Under the pieces are notes generated by a model. It worked only from the letters and a program-made list of their open reading frames with translations. It had not been told where the DNA came from and did no database searches. From NCBI GenBank assembly GCA_964658305.1, contig OZ210885.1, forward strand, positions 8,680,001-8,744,000: a DNA stretch of 64,000 nucleotides. Direction: 5' to 3'. Shown one piece after another: positions 14,428 through 26,937 of the stretch; within the stretch, counting starts at the first letter, position 1, and each line of letters starts with the position of its first letter. The stretch comes from Leptogorgia sarmentosa. Lineage: Eukaryota. A program made the position numbers and the translations under genes.

Positions 14428-14943
14428 CAGCCGTTGAACAAAGACCTCAACGGGTAGTACCCAATATTTCTCAATTGAGAACACGGGTAATGCCCACGCT
14501 GGACTATCGCCTAAGCTTGCTGGTCGGCGTTTCAGTATTACTCTTGATATAGTTATATTAGTGTTAGATATAAACCATTTTTCTATGTACTAAGAATTTC
14601 CTTAATCCCAACCCAAACCCTAGAATCCTAACCCTGACCATTGTGGTCAGATAAATATTGAGGAAAAAAAAGTTTTCATCACTAACGCTGAAAGAATGTG
14701 TCGAACTGGGGCTTGAACTATAGAACTGCAACGCACGCACCGCGCGCCTTACCACTTGAGCCACATCGAGCTCGCTGCTCGCCACTCTGGCCTGGCTAAA
14801 TGCATATGATTATAGACTCGGGCAATTACTGTTCATAATTTAGCAGGCCAGGCTATTTAGACGATAGTCCAGCGTGGGCATTACCCATGTTCTCAATTGA
14901 GAAATATCGGGTACTACCCGTTGAGGTCTTTGTTTAACGGGTG
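14428..14943. mobile_element. 516-bp MITE with ~90-bp TIRs and 7-bp TSD (P-superfamily-like), copy 1
   Basis: CAGCCGTTGAACAAAGACCTCAACGGGTAGTACCC... / ...GGGTACTACCCGTTGAGGTCTTTGTTTAACGGGTG; TSD ATTGCGC on both sides; near-identical to 23849-24364. Confidence 0.9.
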
Positions 14944-15029
14944 ATTGCGCAGGAAAAACAATTCTCATAAGGGTGAATGTTAACACTGAGCTTGTGCCTG
15001 GAAAGTAAGATTTCAGTACTATAATTGTA

Positions 15030-16068
15030 GAGGGTGGTAAAGGTTAGTTTCGTGAAGCGTGAATGGATATATTTATTCTCCGTGAAACGTGAAATAGGTA
15101 TTTTATTTTCCGTGAATCGTGATTTAAATAGACCCCGTGAAGTGTGAAATGCGTTATTTATTTTACGTGAAACTAGATTTAAGGAGGAATTTCCCGCGAA
15201 ACGTGAATTTAAAAATTGTTTCCTACCACTTAATGCTCCGTGTGGCTTTTGGTTTCACTGAGAAGATCAATATTGCCCACCTTTTGTATGTATTTGCATT
15301 CATTTGTACTCGTTAACTATGTTTTGGCGAGATCACAAGAGAAATCGACTACATGAAACATTTTCATTCGAGTTTAAGTTCGAAACATCTACCATTAGCG
15401 AGTATATTAAACAAAAACATATATGTTATTGACTGAGTGTGAGGTCCGTACTGGAGGATACTGCACGGTCGAGTTCTTTTCTCGCTTGTTTATGGACCGA
15501 GCCGAAGGCGAGGTCCATAAACAAGCGAGAAAAGAACGAGACCGTGCAGTATCCTCCAGTACGGATCGAACAAACTCAGTCAATAAGCTATTTATTATAT
15601 GGCAAAAGATAAACAAAACTCTTTTACAACAGTTCAACACTATGAACAAAGCCGGTAAACGGCTAATTAATATAAGAACAGTTGAAGAAGTTCGCTAAAA
15701 ATTGTTCTCTAAAATGTTATTGGCTACCAAAAAAAGAACAAAATGTTGAAACAAAAAAAGAACAGAATATACAAACATGTTTTTAACTTATTTCGTCTTC
15801 GTTGTCGCTTGATTCAATAAACAACCGACGTCGCTAAACGCGAGCGGTCCGTACTGCAGGTTACCGACCGCTCAGGCACCAATCAGAACGCTGTATTTTA
15901 GCAGACGGACCGCTCAGAACACTTGCCATATAATAAAATTATTTACTGCATATTGTATTCCGTGAAACGTGAAATGGAAGATTTTTTTCCTGTGAATCGT
16001 GAAGTACCCGTTTTTTTTGTCGTGAAACGTGATCAATACCCCCCCCCCCCCCCCCTTTTACCACCCTC
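15030..16068. mobile_element. TIR element with 6-bp TSD, superfamily unassigned
   Basis: GAGGGTGGTAAAGG / CCTTTTACCACCCTC; ATTGTA flanks both ends; subterminal CGTGAAACGTGA repeats. Confidence 0.7.
15419..15936. mobile_element. Non-autonomous element with internal inverted repeat (Crypton-like)
   Basis: TTATTGACTGAGTGTGAGGTCCGTACTGGAGGATACTGCACGGTC pairs with GACCGTGCAGTATCCTCCAGTACGGATCGAACAAACTCAGTCAATAA; 3' part ends CCAATCAG...ATATAATAA; superfamily is inference. Confidence 0.5.
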
Positions 16069-19014
16069 ATTGTACCAGTTTAATGTAGACGTGGGCAGAA
16101 CGTGATAATCGGCATTGTGAACAGAGTAACGACGTCGTCTAAAATTACGTTTTTGGTTACGATTATTAATAAGGGTGAAATTGATTGTTTTTCTTGTCAT
16201 ATTCCCGTACTAGAGCTCCTTAATGACCTTCTGATACGGTCAGATTTCGGCCTGGATCCGCCCCTGATGTATTTGTATGCTGTTCGCAGGAGAGAATAGA
16301 TATTTATGCTCATAGCAGTTTTGTCCGCTTCGGCGCCTCAAATTAAACGGGCTTCGTACAACCGGCGCCAACCTTGACAAGAACTATTAGTTCTATTTGC
16401 ATTGTGGCAACATGCGTTCGATTTTAGTTTAGTTTCTTCAATATATGCAGATGAGCGAGTGATTTGCATTTAACGTTGTAAACAGATATTAATTTTACCA
16501 AGGATAACTGGACTGTTGTTGATTAGATATTTTAGCTTCATTACATTACGTACATACATACATAATATGTAACGTCTGCTTTAGACTCAATTTATTAACA
16601 ACCACAACTAACCGCATAATTGCTATTATTATATATATTACATAGCAACCGGAAACGGATATTATATTTTGTATACATATATCCATTCCAATATACATAA
16701 GCTACAATTCATACATTATAGCCTGAACATTTATTGACAAAAGTTCCACTAAGATCCAACCTCGACATATAGCTACACATAACTGTTCACATTAATAAAT
16801 AATCGTCTGCATCGACTGCATGGATGGAAATTCTGGCGCTTTATGTAAATAATGCACTTACAGCCTTGCATGTAAATTATCAGCTGTAACTCAAAACGTC
16901 AAAACACAATAATAATAACCAGGCCATGTTCATGCAAGCTGTAATAATAACATGATGTCCATGTCGCTGAAATGAAAATTCGTGTTTGTTAAACTTAAAG
17001 GCAGTTAAAATTCCAAGCTCAAAAAATCCGCTATACATGGCTTACTGTTTTATATCACTGACAAGCCTATAACTGGTGATCGCGCCGAGAAACTCCTGAG
17101 GTTAGAGATTGAAACATCTGGTTTTGTATATATACTGCTGACTATATTCAAATTTGCTACACAATTGTATAGAATTTGAACCCATAATAGCTACATGATC
17201 GTTAATTGTTGTTGCGCGCTTTATTTCAGTTTGAAATACGGTTTAAATTGTTTGCCAGTTATATTCATGTACGTGTAATTTCAGGGCAAAGATGGGAGTT
17301 TAATCTAGAAAACTTTTATATTACAAATTTACATTAATGCACTGATGGCATCGGTTAGTTTGTAAATGTTGTGAGCTTATAAGATATTAATTGATTATTG
17401 TGAATATAACATTTAAAATAAACTTGATCGACCGTCTGGGCTCTTCCTTCTTTCGAATAGAGCATTTAATAGAGCAGAATTGAGGTTTGAATTAACGAAG
17501 TTGAAGCGAGTTTTTTAAAAAGTAATTTTTCAGACTATGATTATGTCAGTTTGGTACCTAAAATATGAGACAGTACCGGTACGTGATCACGCCTGCAGTG
17601 TGTTGTTTCATATCTTGGCGCGATTTTATAGATTAAGATTTACTTATGATTCTGGTTATAACTTTTTGAGTTTTCAAAGAGTAACTGTGAATTACCATGA
17701 GAATCGGAAGATTTTATGTTATTATTTCAGGCGACAAATTTTCATCAGATGTAGAGCAAACTGTGAGCATTTTAAAGCTTCGAATGTTCTGTTACGACTG
17801 TATTCTAAATGTCCGTTGACACGGGCGATTCTACGTGCAATTTCCTAACGGGACATGCATTTCCTAACGAATAGACGTTTGTTTTACACTGTCCGGAACA
17901 GGGTACATCTCTTTATACGTCGTTAATGCTGTATTAATATTTAATAGGCCGTTTTCAGCTAATTTGTGAAGGTTTCAAAATTGTTAACAAACGTTTAAAC
18001 TCCCATATCTCAGTCAATCTTGGACGAAAATGCCTGTCGAATATACCAAAATTTAAGTTAGACATCGCTGGATGCAATGCGTATGGTTTTTTGCGCAACC
18101 AAAAACAACCTATTGTGAAATGCGTTGTAAAATTTCTGTGAACAAAAAAGCTGCGAACCCCCAACATATGCGGGGAGGATCAGCGCATACCCATTGATGA
18201 AGGGGGCGCCATCCGTATTTTAAAGGGTCCTGGCAGAACCTAATGCAATCGAGCTCAAACAAAGATGTTAATTCATTAACATTAGTTTCGGCGCATGAAA
18301 AGTTCGACGTCTGACGAAGTCGTGATAATTACTTTTACGTAAAAACACGTACAAAGCAACGCAAACAATTTGGCATCTATTGGACTAAATTACTTAATTG
18401 ATTAGTTTACAGAAATAGAAAAGGCCAGGTATTGCAATGGCAAATTTTTTAAGGAATTAGCTGTGAGTTATTTCATCAGAAATAGGCTCCAAGTCATAGT
18501 TCTACAGTAACATTTTCAACATCAGCGAGAATTTGTATTTACCTGAATGTGGAATATTTTTAATTGCTAATCTCTAAATTGCTTTCACCATTTGTTAAAC
18601 GAAATTACTTGATAACGAGTCTCTAACAACAACTGGACAGTGCTCGTATTTTCGTAGTTAATAATTTTTACTGAAGTTTCTCTCAATACCACGCTGGGCA
18701 AGTTAAAAAATTCTGCACGTACTACGGAGTAATTCAAGAAAATAGTTCTTCAGTCAATCCTGACGCGGAGGCGTCGCCAATTCAATGATAAATCTGATAA
18801 AAACAACAGGAATGAAATTATAATGATTTGGATCGGTTCTCTTTCAGCGGAGAACACACTGATTGGTATCAAAATTCGACATATTAATTTGGACTTTATT
18901 GCTCTAGGCTGGAAAACGCGGAGATGGTGAAAGGTGGATATCATTTGCAACCGAAGACGAAATAGGAGCATTATATTCCTAAGAAGTGAAGCGCTATTTT
19001 TAACCTTTCCCATT

Positions 19015-19750
19015 ATGACAATACCCGAATCTACTAATACTCCTGGCACTGCAATGAATGCAATAAGTCCATCAACACAAATTCTTCAAGATCCTCCTGA
19101 CTTTCCTATTTGGCTTAAAGTCAGTATTGCTGTAGTTGCGATACTCGGTGCATTTGGAAATGGAATTGTAATATACTTAATTTTTTCGAGGCATCAACTC
19201 CGTACAAAAACCAATTCCATGGTCGCCTCTTTAGCAGTTTCCGATCTTTTAGTCGCTGTCGTCCTAATTCCTTCTTTCTTGATTTGTATGAATTTCAAAT
19301 GCGACCATCTTTTATCAAAGCTGTTTTTCGATGGCATCCTGTTTGTTTCTGTATGTAACCTCTGTTGCATAACTTTCGACAGGTATTTGGCAGTTACGCG
19401 CCCGCTAAAGTACCATACGGGAATCATTCAACTTCCTGTCAAAACCATGATTGCAATGAGTTGGATTCTACCTTGTACGGTATCTTTAGTGCCTGTCATA
19501 TGGTTATATGGCAGTACCGACAGTGAAAACCAAAGAGTGAATAACAAGATATTCTATACACTACAAGTGGTGTTATTTATGTTTTGTCCTTGTCTCATAA
19601 TGCTGATTACGTACGCAGTGATCTTGAACATTGTTACAAAACAGACCCAACGTATTAGACGTGAATTCCAAAGTGCTGTCATTACTGTTAGCAATACCTC
19701 TAACTCGAATTCGATTAAAAGGGAAGGAAAAGCCACTTTAAGAGTCTTTG
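19015..19750 (+). CDS. Class A (rhodopsin-like) GPCR, exon 1 (TM1-TM5 and ICL3)
   Basis: Motifs GNGIVI (TM1), SLAVSDLL (TM2), FDRYLAV (TM3), SWILP (TM4), FCP...ITY (TM5); phase-1 donor G|GTGAGT; start could instead be ATG 19054. Confidence 0.9.
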
Positions 19751-20020
19751 GTGAGTCTATGCAAAAAAATTAAATCGTTACAGTTATTAGGATAATTATT
19801 AATATCAGGAAGGAGCAAAATTTCACTACGCAGACGATACATGCCAAAGTTTAGGTAACGAACCGAGCATTTCATTTGTTCGTGTCGGTAGTTAGCGGTC
19901 CATTACCTACACTGGCTACATCTTGAAGTTAGTAAATACACTATCTACAGTATGATGACGAATATTTAACAGAATAACGTTAACTGCCAGTGCATTAAAA
20001 TGTGTTTGTGTTTTTGTCAG

Positions 20021-20343
20021 GTACTGTTGTGGCAATGTTTGTCGCCTGCTGGAGTCTCACAGCCTTCAGAAATATTGTAACACAATACGAGCTCATGGAA
20101 GTGTCATGGAATGTTACAAATATTTCAAGATTGCTTTTAGTTGCAAATTCAGCCATGAACCCTGTCATTTATGCTTTATGGAAGAATGACATGAACAAAG
20201 AGATTAAAAAATTGCTCAGACGGGAGCCGCAACTCCCAAATTCATCGCTGGTGACGTTCAGATCTGGGAATGAAGGTCTTAGTAGCCAAGGAACTCCAGA
20301 ATGTGGCTTTGAATTTCAGCGAAGAAAACAAAATCGAAACTGA
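20021..20343 (+). CDS. Class A GPCR, exon 2 (TM6-TM7 and C-tail)
   Basis: Acceptor TTTTTGTCAG|GT joins in frame (RVFG-TVVAMFVACW); NSAMNPVIY; stop TGA at 20341-20343. Confidence 0.9.
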
Positions 20344-21475
20344 AAGCGTTGATACCAAATTTAAAAAAAATATTTTGGTGTTTATGTTTTGTTTATGCCA
20401 GTTAATAGCAGGCATGTGTCCAGAATTTTCAAGAATTAGGGCAACCGAGAATTATAGTTTAATTGTATAATGCCAGACAGCCAGATGGGACGGACACACG
20501 AACCCGCTTAGACCCCTTAGTGCGTTTTCGTTATTATAAATAAAGGGTTTTTTCTCAAAGCCTATTTTGCTAATTTTTTTCAGGTTTGGTCTGCTAATCC
20601 GCATGCTTACAACATCTGTTTTGCACCTCATTTATTATATCTGCCTGTAAGTTATATACACGTACACGCAATTACCAATCTTATTGATTTTCCAATCTTA
20701 TTGATTTTCCACAGGTCACGTATCATATTATTCCATTTTCTTTCAAACTTTCAATTTTTTTGTAGAATTTCCAACTTTTTAAGAAAATTAAAATCCGACT
20801 TTTTAACAAAAAACGTCATAATACCAATAACACAATTCTTTTTTTCTGAAAAATTTCAACAAGATAGCGGAATATGTCTGACGAAGCTATTCCTGGGGGG
20901 TATAAGTGCTTTTAAACAATTATAAACCTATTTACAATCAAATTCAAATTGTCCAAGGTATTTTGTTAAAAAAAAATTCTTTGAGATAATCTGAACGGTT
21001 GAACACTTTCAAAATTGCAGTAGTAACAAGTCTGGCAGATTGGCCTTTTCGAAGCCAAATAACCGGAGTTTGACCTCTTGTTTATTACTTAGCTACCTCG
21101 AATAAATAAGTCCGGCTATTGGGCCTCATTTCATGTTTATGATCCCTTTTCAACCCTTGCTGTTGAAAAAAATATTTGGAAAACTACATCTCGGAGTAAC
21201 CAAACGGGATAACTTGGTGTAATTAACGAACGTGGATATTAATTCTTGGACGTGCATCAGCTCTATAATCTTAACAATTTCTTCCTCATCTACTCAATAG
21301 CAAACCTTAATGGAACTGGCAGCCTCGCCAGTGGTAGCCCTTTTCAATAATGCACATTTTCTATGCGTTATTGTCAGTAACGCACTGGTAGAATTCGTTG
21401 TTGCCAGGTAACAAAAACGCACGTGATCGAATTTGACCAATGACGTGCGTGCATTTTGTACAGTGAACAAAGATT

Positions 21476-21745
21476 TAACAATTAGACAACGAGGCCGAGT
21501 TGTCTATGAGTAAATAGTCAACAAGGCTAATTAAGTTGTCTAATTGTTTTAGAATACACTCTATGCCCAGAATTGTTTATATCAAGAAAATTGTTCAGAA
21601 ACCTCAGCAAAACGCGAGTTTTCTGCAGTAGCCATATTGTTTTCCTTTGCTTTTTCGCGAACCATGATATCTATCACGGAATAAACAACTGAGTAGCCAA
21701 TCAGAATGTAGCATTTGTAATAGACGATGGTTGGGTGTATAATAA
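21476..21745. repeat. Dispersed non-autonomous repeat (second copy 47143-47410)
   Basis: ACAATTAGACAACGA(G/A)GCCGAGTTGTCTATGA...TAATAGACGATGGTTGGGTGTATA shared by both copies. Confidence 0.8.
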
Positions 21746-22378
21746 TATATATAAATTGGACATACTGCACATGTAAACAGCTAGTTATTTGTTGCTTCAA
21801 ATGCACATGCAGCAAATACAGGCAAAATAACATTTATTTGATTATAAATTTAGTATATCGGGGCAGACATCTTGTATATGGTTATGTAATTTGCAAGACG
21901 TTAACAATAATTGGATTCTCTTCCATATCAATACTATTTAAAAATCTGCGTACATTAGTTGGTTTAAGTTGCGTTTAGAATATTTAGCTAGGTTGCATGA
22001 GCATATATTCATTGACATAACCAATCACATTTTAGATCTTAACGAACTAAACCTTGCATAAACGAATTGCTTGTTCGCAATCACGGGACTTTTTTCCCAA
22101 ATGAAGCGCAATTGAACAACTTGTACACGATTTTTCTCGGTATTCAAGTGCTTGTAGCAAAATAAAATGACGTTAACACATCTATCCAAGACTTAAAATG
22201 TCTCTAAATCTTAAAATGTCTCCAATTGATCGATTTTCGTCCTAGTTGCCCGTCAAATGAAATTCAAAATTTACGCCATTGCAAACAACCTATATATATA
22301 AGTCCGATTTCGTCCTTAGATGCAGGTCAACTGTTCAGACTTGTTGACGGTAAATCTGAGTTGGTTAATTATTAACTA

Positions 22379-22450
22379 GTGCTTGCACGGGAATCGAACC
22401 CGTGACCTCCCGTACCAAAAGCGAGAATCATACCACTAGACCAGCAAGCG
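22379..22450 (-). pseudogene. tRNA-Pro-derived pseudogene (anticodon reads TTG, stem mismatches)
   Basis: Homologous to the intact tRNA-Pro at 25685; anticodon arm CTCGC-TT-TTG-GT-ACGGG. Confidence 0.8.
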
Positions 22451-22561
22451 ATTGATGATATCAAAACGTTCTCTAATGTATTTTCTACTAACGAAGAAAA
22501 ATATGGGATTAATGTAATATCTCAGCCGTTCCAAAGCATTTTCAAATCTTGCAACGAAGTC

Positions 22562-22633
22562 ACCGTGATCGTATGGAGGTGGGTACATTGCGTTGTGGCC
22601 GCAATAACCCAGGTTCGAGTCCTGCTCAGTTAT
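22562..22633 (+). pseudogene. tRNA-His(GTG) pseudogene
   Basis: CCGTGATCGTAT...TTGCGTTGTGGCCGCAATAACCCAGGTTCGAGTCCTG; degenerate D arm and acceptor stem. Confidence 0.75.
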
Positions 22634-23022
22634 ACAGTATACGAATGGCCGGCATGGCCGCATGGGTATTTTCTATAATCCATTCCAATCTGATCACAGG
22701 TTTTAACACAAATTATTAAGTTGCCGTTGTTATTTAAGACGACAGTTCGTCAATAATATTGCTATTCGTGTCGTGTGTGTGTTTGTGCGTGTGTGGAAAA
22801 CACTAGGGCAACGCAAGTTCTTGCGGGCTAAATATTATGTGGCGGCTGGCCTATTTTTTTTTCCGTAGACAGTCGGTAGCATCATTGATGGTCGGTAGCA
22901 TCATTTACATGTGACCGGCAGTCACAAAGTCGCAGCCTAAAATAAAGTTGTTTGCTTACGGTACACGCTTACGGCAAGCTGGCTGCTAGCGCTTTCGGTA
23001 AGGAGCACAGCACATAACAAAC

Positions 23023-23775
23023 CAGCGCCGGATTAACCCATCATTGGGCCGGGGAATGAAAACATGAAACATATATGTAATCATGTTTTCATATTGTCAA
23101 GAACTATAATATGCATGAACATAGGGAATAGCATTTTAACGTGAAAGTGGCATTTACCAGCCACTTCGACATTAACTTAAGTGAGTCTAGTATTTCGTGT
23201 TGAATGTTAAGCATAAGCGTACGGGCTACATTTTTTCAGGGCGGGCAGAAAGATCTTTGCCCGAATTTGAGGGTAGCGAAACCACCATGGTTGGCGCCGA
23301 GCGAGAAATTTTTGAACTTTTACAACCTCTGGATTGCCGGAAACGGCGATTTCAGAGTCCTAACTCCACTTTCCTGGTACGCTCGTTCAGGTGAACGTCT
23401 GGAGGATTGTTGACATTACCTTATTCCTCAGATTTTTGCCCGAATTATGCTCAAAATCAGTGCCCGAATTTTCCAATTTGAAATTTTTTGGGGTGGCAGT
23501 TGCCCCCTTGCACCCCCGCTTCGTACGCCTATGATGCTAAGTAGATTGAAGTTTGCAATCTTATCGTTGTCTATAGACGCAGATAGTTCTTCAGTAATTT
23601 AGGACTCTAGAACATCCTGGCTTTCAATTGCCCAATTTTTAATCAAAATTTATGTTTTTTCGAAACCACAGTAACTGAAATTTTTTATACATTGTTTTTC
23701 TTGGGCCGGTAAATAAGCGTTTGAGCTGGGGCCGGGGGCAAATGCCCCCATTGCCCCCTAGATAATCCGGCACTG
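23023..23775. mobile_element. hAT-type non-autonomous element
   Basis: CAGCGCCGGATTA / TAATCCGGCACTG; perfect 8-bp TSD TAACAAAC. Confidence 0.85.
23212..23533. mobile_element. hAT-type MITE nested in the previous element
   Basis: CATAAGCGTACG / CGTACGCCTATG; 8-bp TSD ATGTTAAG/ATGCTAAG (1 mismatch). Confidence 0.75.
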
Positions 23776-23848
23776 TAACAAACCGAAGCGCGGTGGGGCT
23801 GGAATACCGACTGTCTCCGGAAAAAAAAAATTGCGGCGGCTGGTATAG

Positions 23849-24364
23849 CAGCCGTTGAACAAAGACCTCAACGGGTAGTACCCAATATTTCTCAATTGAG
23901 AACACGGGTAATGCCCACGCTGGACTATCGCCTAAGCTTGCTGGTCGGCGTTTCTGTATTACTCTTGATATAGTTATATTAGTGTTAGATATAAACCATT
24001 TTTCTATATACTAAGAATTTCCTTAGTCCCAACCGAAACCCTAGAATCCTAACCCTGACCATAGTGGTCAGATAAATATTGAGGAAAAAAAAGTTTTCAT
24101 CACTAACGCTGAAAAAATGTGTCGAACTGGGGCTTGAACTATAGAACTGTAACGCACGCAACGCGCGCCTAACCACTTGAGCTACATCGAGCTCGCTGCT
24201 CACCACTCTGGCCTGGCTAAATGCATATGATTATAGAGCCGGGCAATCACTGTTCATAATTTACCAGGCCAGGCTACTTAGACGATAGTCCAGCGTGGGC
24301 ATTACCCATGTTCTCAATTGAGAAATATCGGGTACTACCCGTTGAGGTCTTTGTTTAACGGGTG
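23849..24364. mobile_element. 516-bp MITE with 7-bp TSD, copy 2
   Basis: Same TIRs and interior as 14428-14943; TSD GGTATAG on both sides. Confidence 0.9.
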
Positions 24365-25377
24365 GGTATAGGGGCGAGCTAAAGAGCAGTGATGCGTTTG
24401 ATCGTGGATTTCAGTTCGCATGAATAAACAGATACGAAGAAAATATGATGGCCGCAGCGACAAGTGTATTGACAGAAATATAGATTAATTTATAAGCATT
24501 TACGCTTTTTACAACATTATTTACTAAGGAAACTTATACGCAAAGAGATTAAAGAGGTTTGCTATGGAATTTAAATCATCGAAGCAAAAATATCATGACG
24601 CAAATTATCCATTGTATTACCTTGAACACAGCGAATATTTAAGGTTATGAAAGAGGTTTATGTCTTGACACAATTGCGCGTATATTTTCTCTACGATACT
24701 TTAGCGTGTCGGCACTGACACACTGTACATGTTTGGACTGCCCGCGGTGTCATCGTGATCACGGAATATCTACTATATTTTGACGCTCCGTCATAGAGAA
24801 TGGTTGAAGCATTCAATCCCAGGAAAATAGATTTTGTAGCTTGTAATAAAACGGATTTGTGCGTTTATTAAGCGCGAGGCAAAACAAACGAAATCATATA
24901 GTTTCAAGTATTCTGTTTTGAACCTACGCGCATAGCGTCTAGGCAAATGCTGCATGAATGGACAGAATATACTGTATATAAATATATCATTATTATATGG
25001 TTTTGAAAAAGGGTAATTTGGTTTTTAGAATACCACATTTTTCACAAACAATCGCAAAAACACGAAATAATATAAAGTTGCAAATTCTAATTAGTCCAAT
25101 TTAACTCATAAAAGAGAAATAAACTCAAATTTTGCACGAAACACCAATGACCGTATGCTAAAATAAATCCTCATTAACCATTTTTGATAGTAGAAAAAAT
25201 ATTCTACGCGATTCTAATAATTGTATGTTAAATATTTGGCAGCAGCAAAAATAGGTCTATGGCAGGCAATTCAAATCAAATATTTCCTATAGTTATTCTT
25301 ATGGATTCCAGTTCACAAGACTACCTTGGCAATGCCTTGTATTTCGAAATGAATAAATCAAGAATTTTGAAGATTTC

Positions 25378-25447
25378 CAGTTTATGGGTGTGATAACAAC
25401 GACCTCTCGATCTGCAGTCGAATGCTCCACCACTGAGCCACACTCCC
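25378..25447 (-). pseudogene. tRNA-Cys(GCA) pseudogene
   Basis: GGGAGTGTGGCTCAGTGGTGGAGCATTCGACTGCAGATCGAGAGGTC; T arm degenerate. Confidence 0.7.
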
Positions 25448-25684
25448 TGTGTAGTCGACCTAGGTTAATTACCTACCAAGGAAAGTATCAATTTTTTCAT
25501 TGCCTCTGTTTTGTCAATTTTGCATTTAAATACAAACTCATTCATCGCATGTGTCATCACTTGACTTCTTTCCGCCGAGAACAGAATCTCCTCTCTCGAG
25601 TTGCAACGGTTGAGATATTACATTAATCCCATATTTTTCTTCGTCAGTACAAAGTACATTAGAAAACATTTTTATATCATCAAT

Positions 25685-25756
25685 GGCTTGCTGGTCTAGT
25701 GGTATGATTCTCGCTTTGGGTGCGAGAGGTCACGGGTTCGATTCCCGTGCAAGCCC
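25685..25756 (+). tRNA. tRNA-Pro(TGG)
   Basis: GGCTTGCTGGTCTAGTGGTATGATTCTCGCTTTGGGTGCGAGAGGTCACGGGTTCGATTCCCGTGCAAGCCC, complete cloverleaf. Confidence 0.92.
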
Positions 25757-25878
25757 TAGTTAATTAACCAAGTAAGACGTTCTGTTATTTGAAAGCTTCC
25801 GTAAATCCTTAGAAAACCCCGCGCAAAAAATTCGGTTACATTTACCGCCACGACGCCTGAATAACATTACTCCAAACA

Positions 25879-25952
25879 CGTCCCTGGTTGGATTCGAACC
25901 AACAACCTTTCGGTTAACAGCCGAACGCGCAAACCGATTGCGCCACAGAGAC
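25879..25952 (-). tRNA. tRNA-Asn(GTT)
   Basis: GTCTCTGTGGCGCAATCGGTTTGCGCGTTCGGCTGTTAACCGAAAGGTTGTTGGTTCGAATCCAACCAGGGACG. Confidence 0.9.
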
Positions 25953-26119
25953 CGACTCCATCGAAAACCTTCCGAAAAGACATATAAAAATAATGGATAT
26001 TTTTATTGGTCAAAATCTGATTTTTTGACAAGGCGACATCCAACGACAATAATAAACAGAATTTCAACGGTGACGATGTCCGCAATCGTAATTACAATAC
26101 GTTTGCTGTTTGAATCAGA

Positions 26120-26191
26120 TGCCGTAACTAGGATTCGAATCTGGGTTATATCGGCCACGACGCAATGAACTAACCACTATACGATCACGGC
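26120..26191 (-). pseudogene. tRNA-His(GTG), degenerate
   Basis: Full length but with U33>C and anticodon-stem and T-stem mismatches relative to the copy at 29537. Confidence 0.7.
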
Positions 26192-26264
26192 GACTTCACT
26201 TCGCTGCACGTTCTGAATCTTATATCAGCTCAATCAACCACAACGTCCATGAACAACGAAAGTT

Positions 26265-26346
26265 TGGCAGCGGTGGTATTCGAACCCAGGTCATCAAAAT
26301 GACTGGTGCTATAAAGCAGCGCCTTAGACCACTCGGCCACGCTACC
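26265..26346 (-). pseudogene. tRNA-Leu-type body with degenerate anticodon arm
   Basis: GGTAGCGTGGCCGAGTGGTCTAAGGCGCTG...long variable arm...GGTTCGAATACCACCGCTGCCA; anticodon position reads ATA. Confidence 0.75.
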
Positions 26347-26384
26347 TGTGACGTGCTCACAATATCATCTCTCTTAATTAATAC

Positions 26385-26444
26385 TTTCAACACTTAAACC
26401 TTCTGATCCGGAGTCAGACGCGCTACCAATTGCGCCACAAGGTC
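26385..26444 (-). pseudogene. tRNA-Trp-derived 3'-degenerate copy (anticodon CCG)
   Basis: GACCTTGTGGCGCAATTGGTAGCGCGTCTGACTCCGGATCAGAAGG; homologous to 27581 and 28416. Confidence 0.75.
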
Positions 26445-26639
26445 GTACTGCTGTGAAAATGGTCTGGTTTCAGAGAACGAGTTTTAGAATGTGAACACAA
26501 GCTGCTTCAAATTGAAATTTTGAGAAAAAATTAAAGTTAATACGGCCATATTATTTCGTCCCGTTGGTGACCGTATTAACGGGGTTCCACTGTAATGCCG
26601 TAATTGGATTTATATTCTGAGTTTCAATGGGAAGAATTC

Positions 26640-26694
26640 GCCTCATTAGCTCAGTGGTTAGAGCACTGGTCTTGTTAAAATCTCTGATGAGGCT
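26640..26694 (+). pseudogene. tRNA-Thr fragment with internal deletion
   Basis: GCCTCATTAGCTCAGTGGTTAGAGCACTGGTCTTGT...TCTCTGATGAGGC. Confidence 0.7.
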
Positions 26695-26937
26695 CAAAAG
26701 TATCGTTATCAAAAAGTTAGTTTCAAGAATGCGAAATAATCTTAAAGATGAACTCAGACGGTACCGCTTACTAGCTTGAAATATATTCGGTATTATAAAT
26801 CAATCAAAGACTAAATGGTAACGTTTTACGAAGAATGAAAACAAGTGCATAATCTTCACTCGTATTTTTGTCATTTTGAAACATGACATCAGTGCAGGAT
26901 GGGAAAGTAATATAATTCTACAGCAAGCTTTTGAATT

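Larger units (their letters stand above)
12985..16266. mobile_element. TIR DNA element (hAT-like termini) hosting nested insertions
   Basis: TIR CAGGGGCGGATCCAG / CTGGATCCGCCCCTG; internal repeated GATACGGTCAG motif; no clear TSD preserved. Confidence 0.6.

Noticed and set aside
14564..14785. Duplicated 73-aa ORF (also 23985-24206) as a small gene family
   Set aside because: Lies inside the two MITE copies, has a non-ATG start and no protein features
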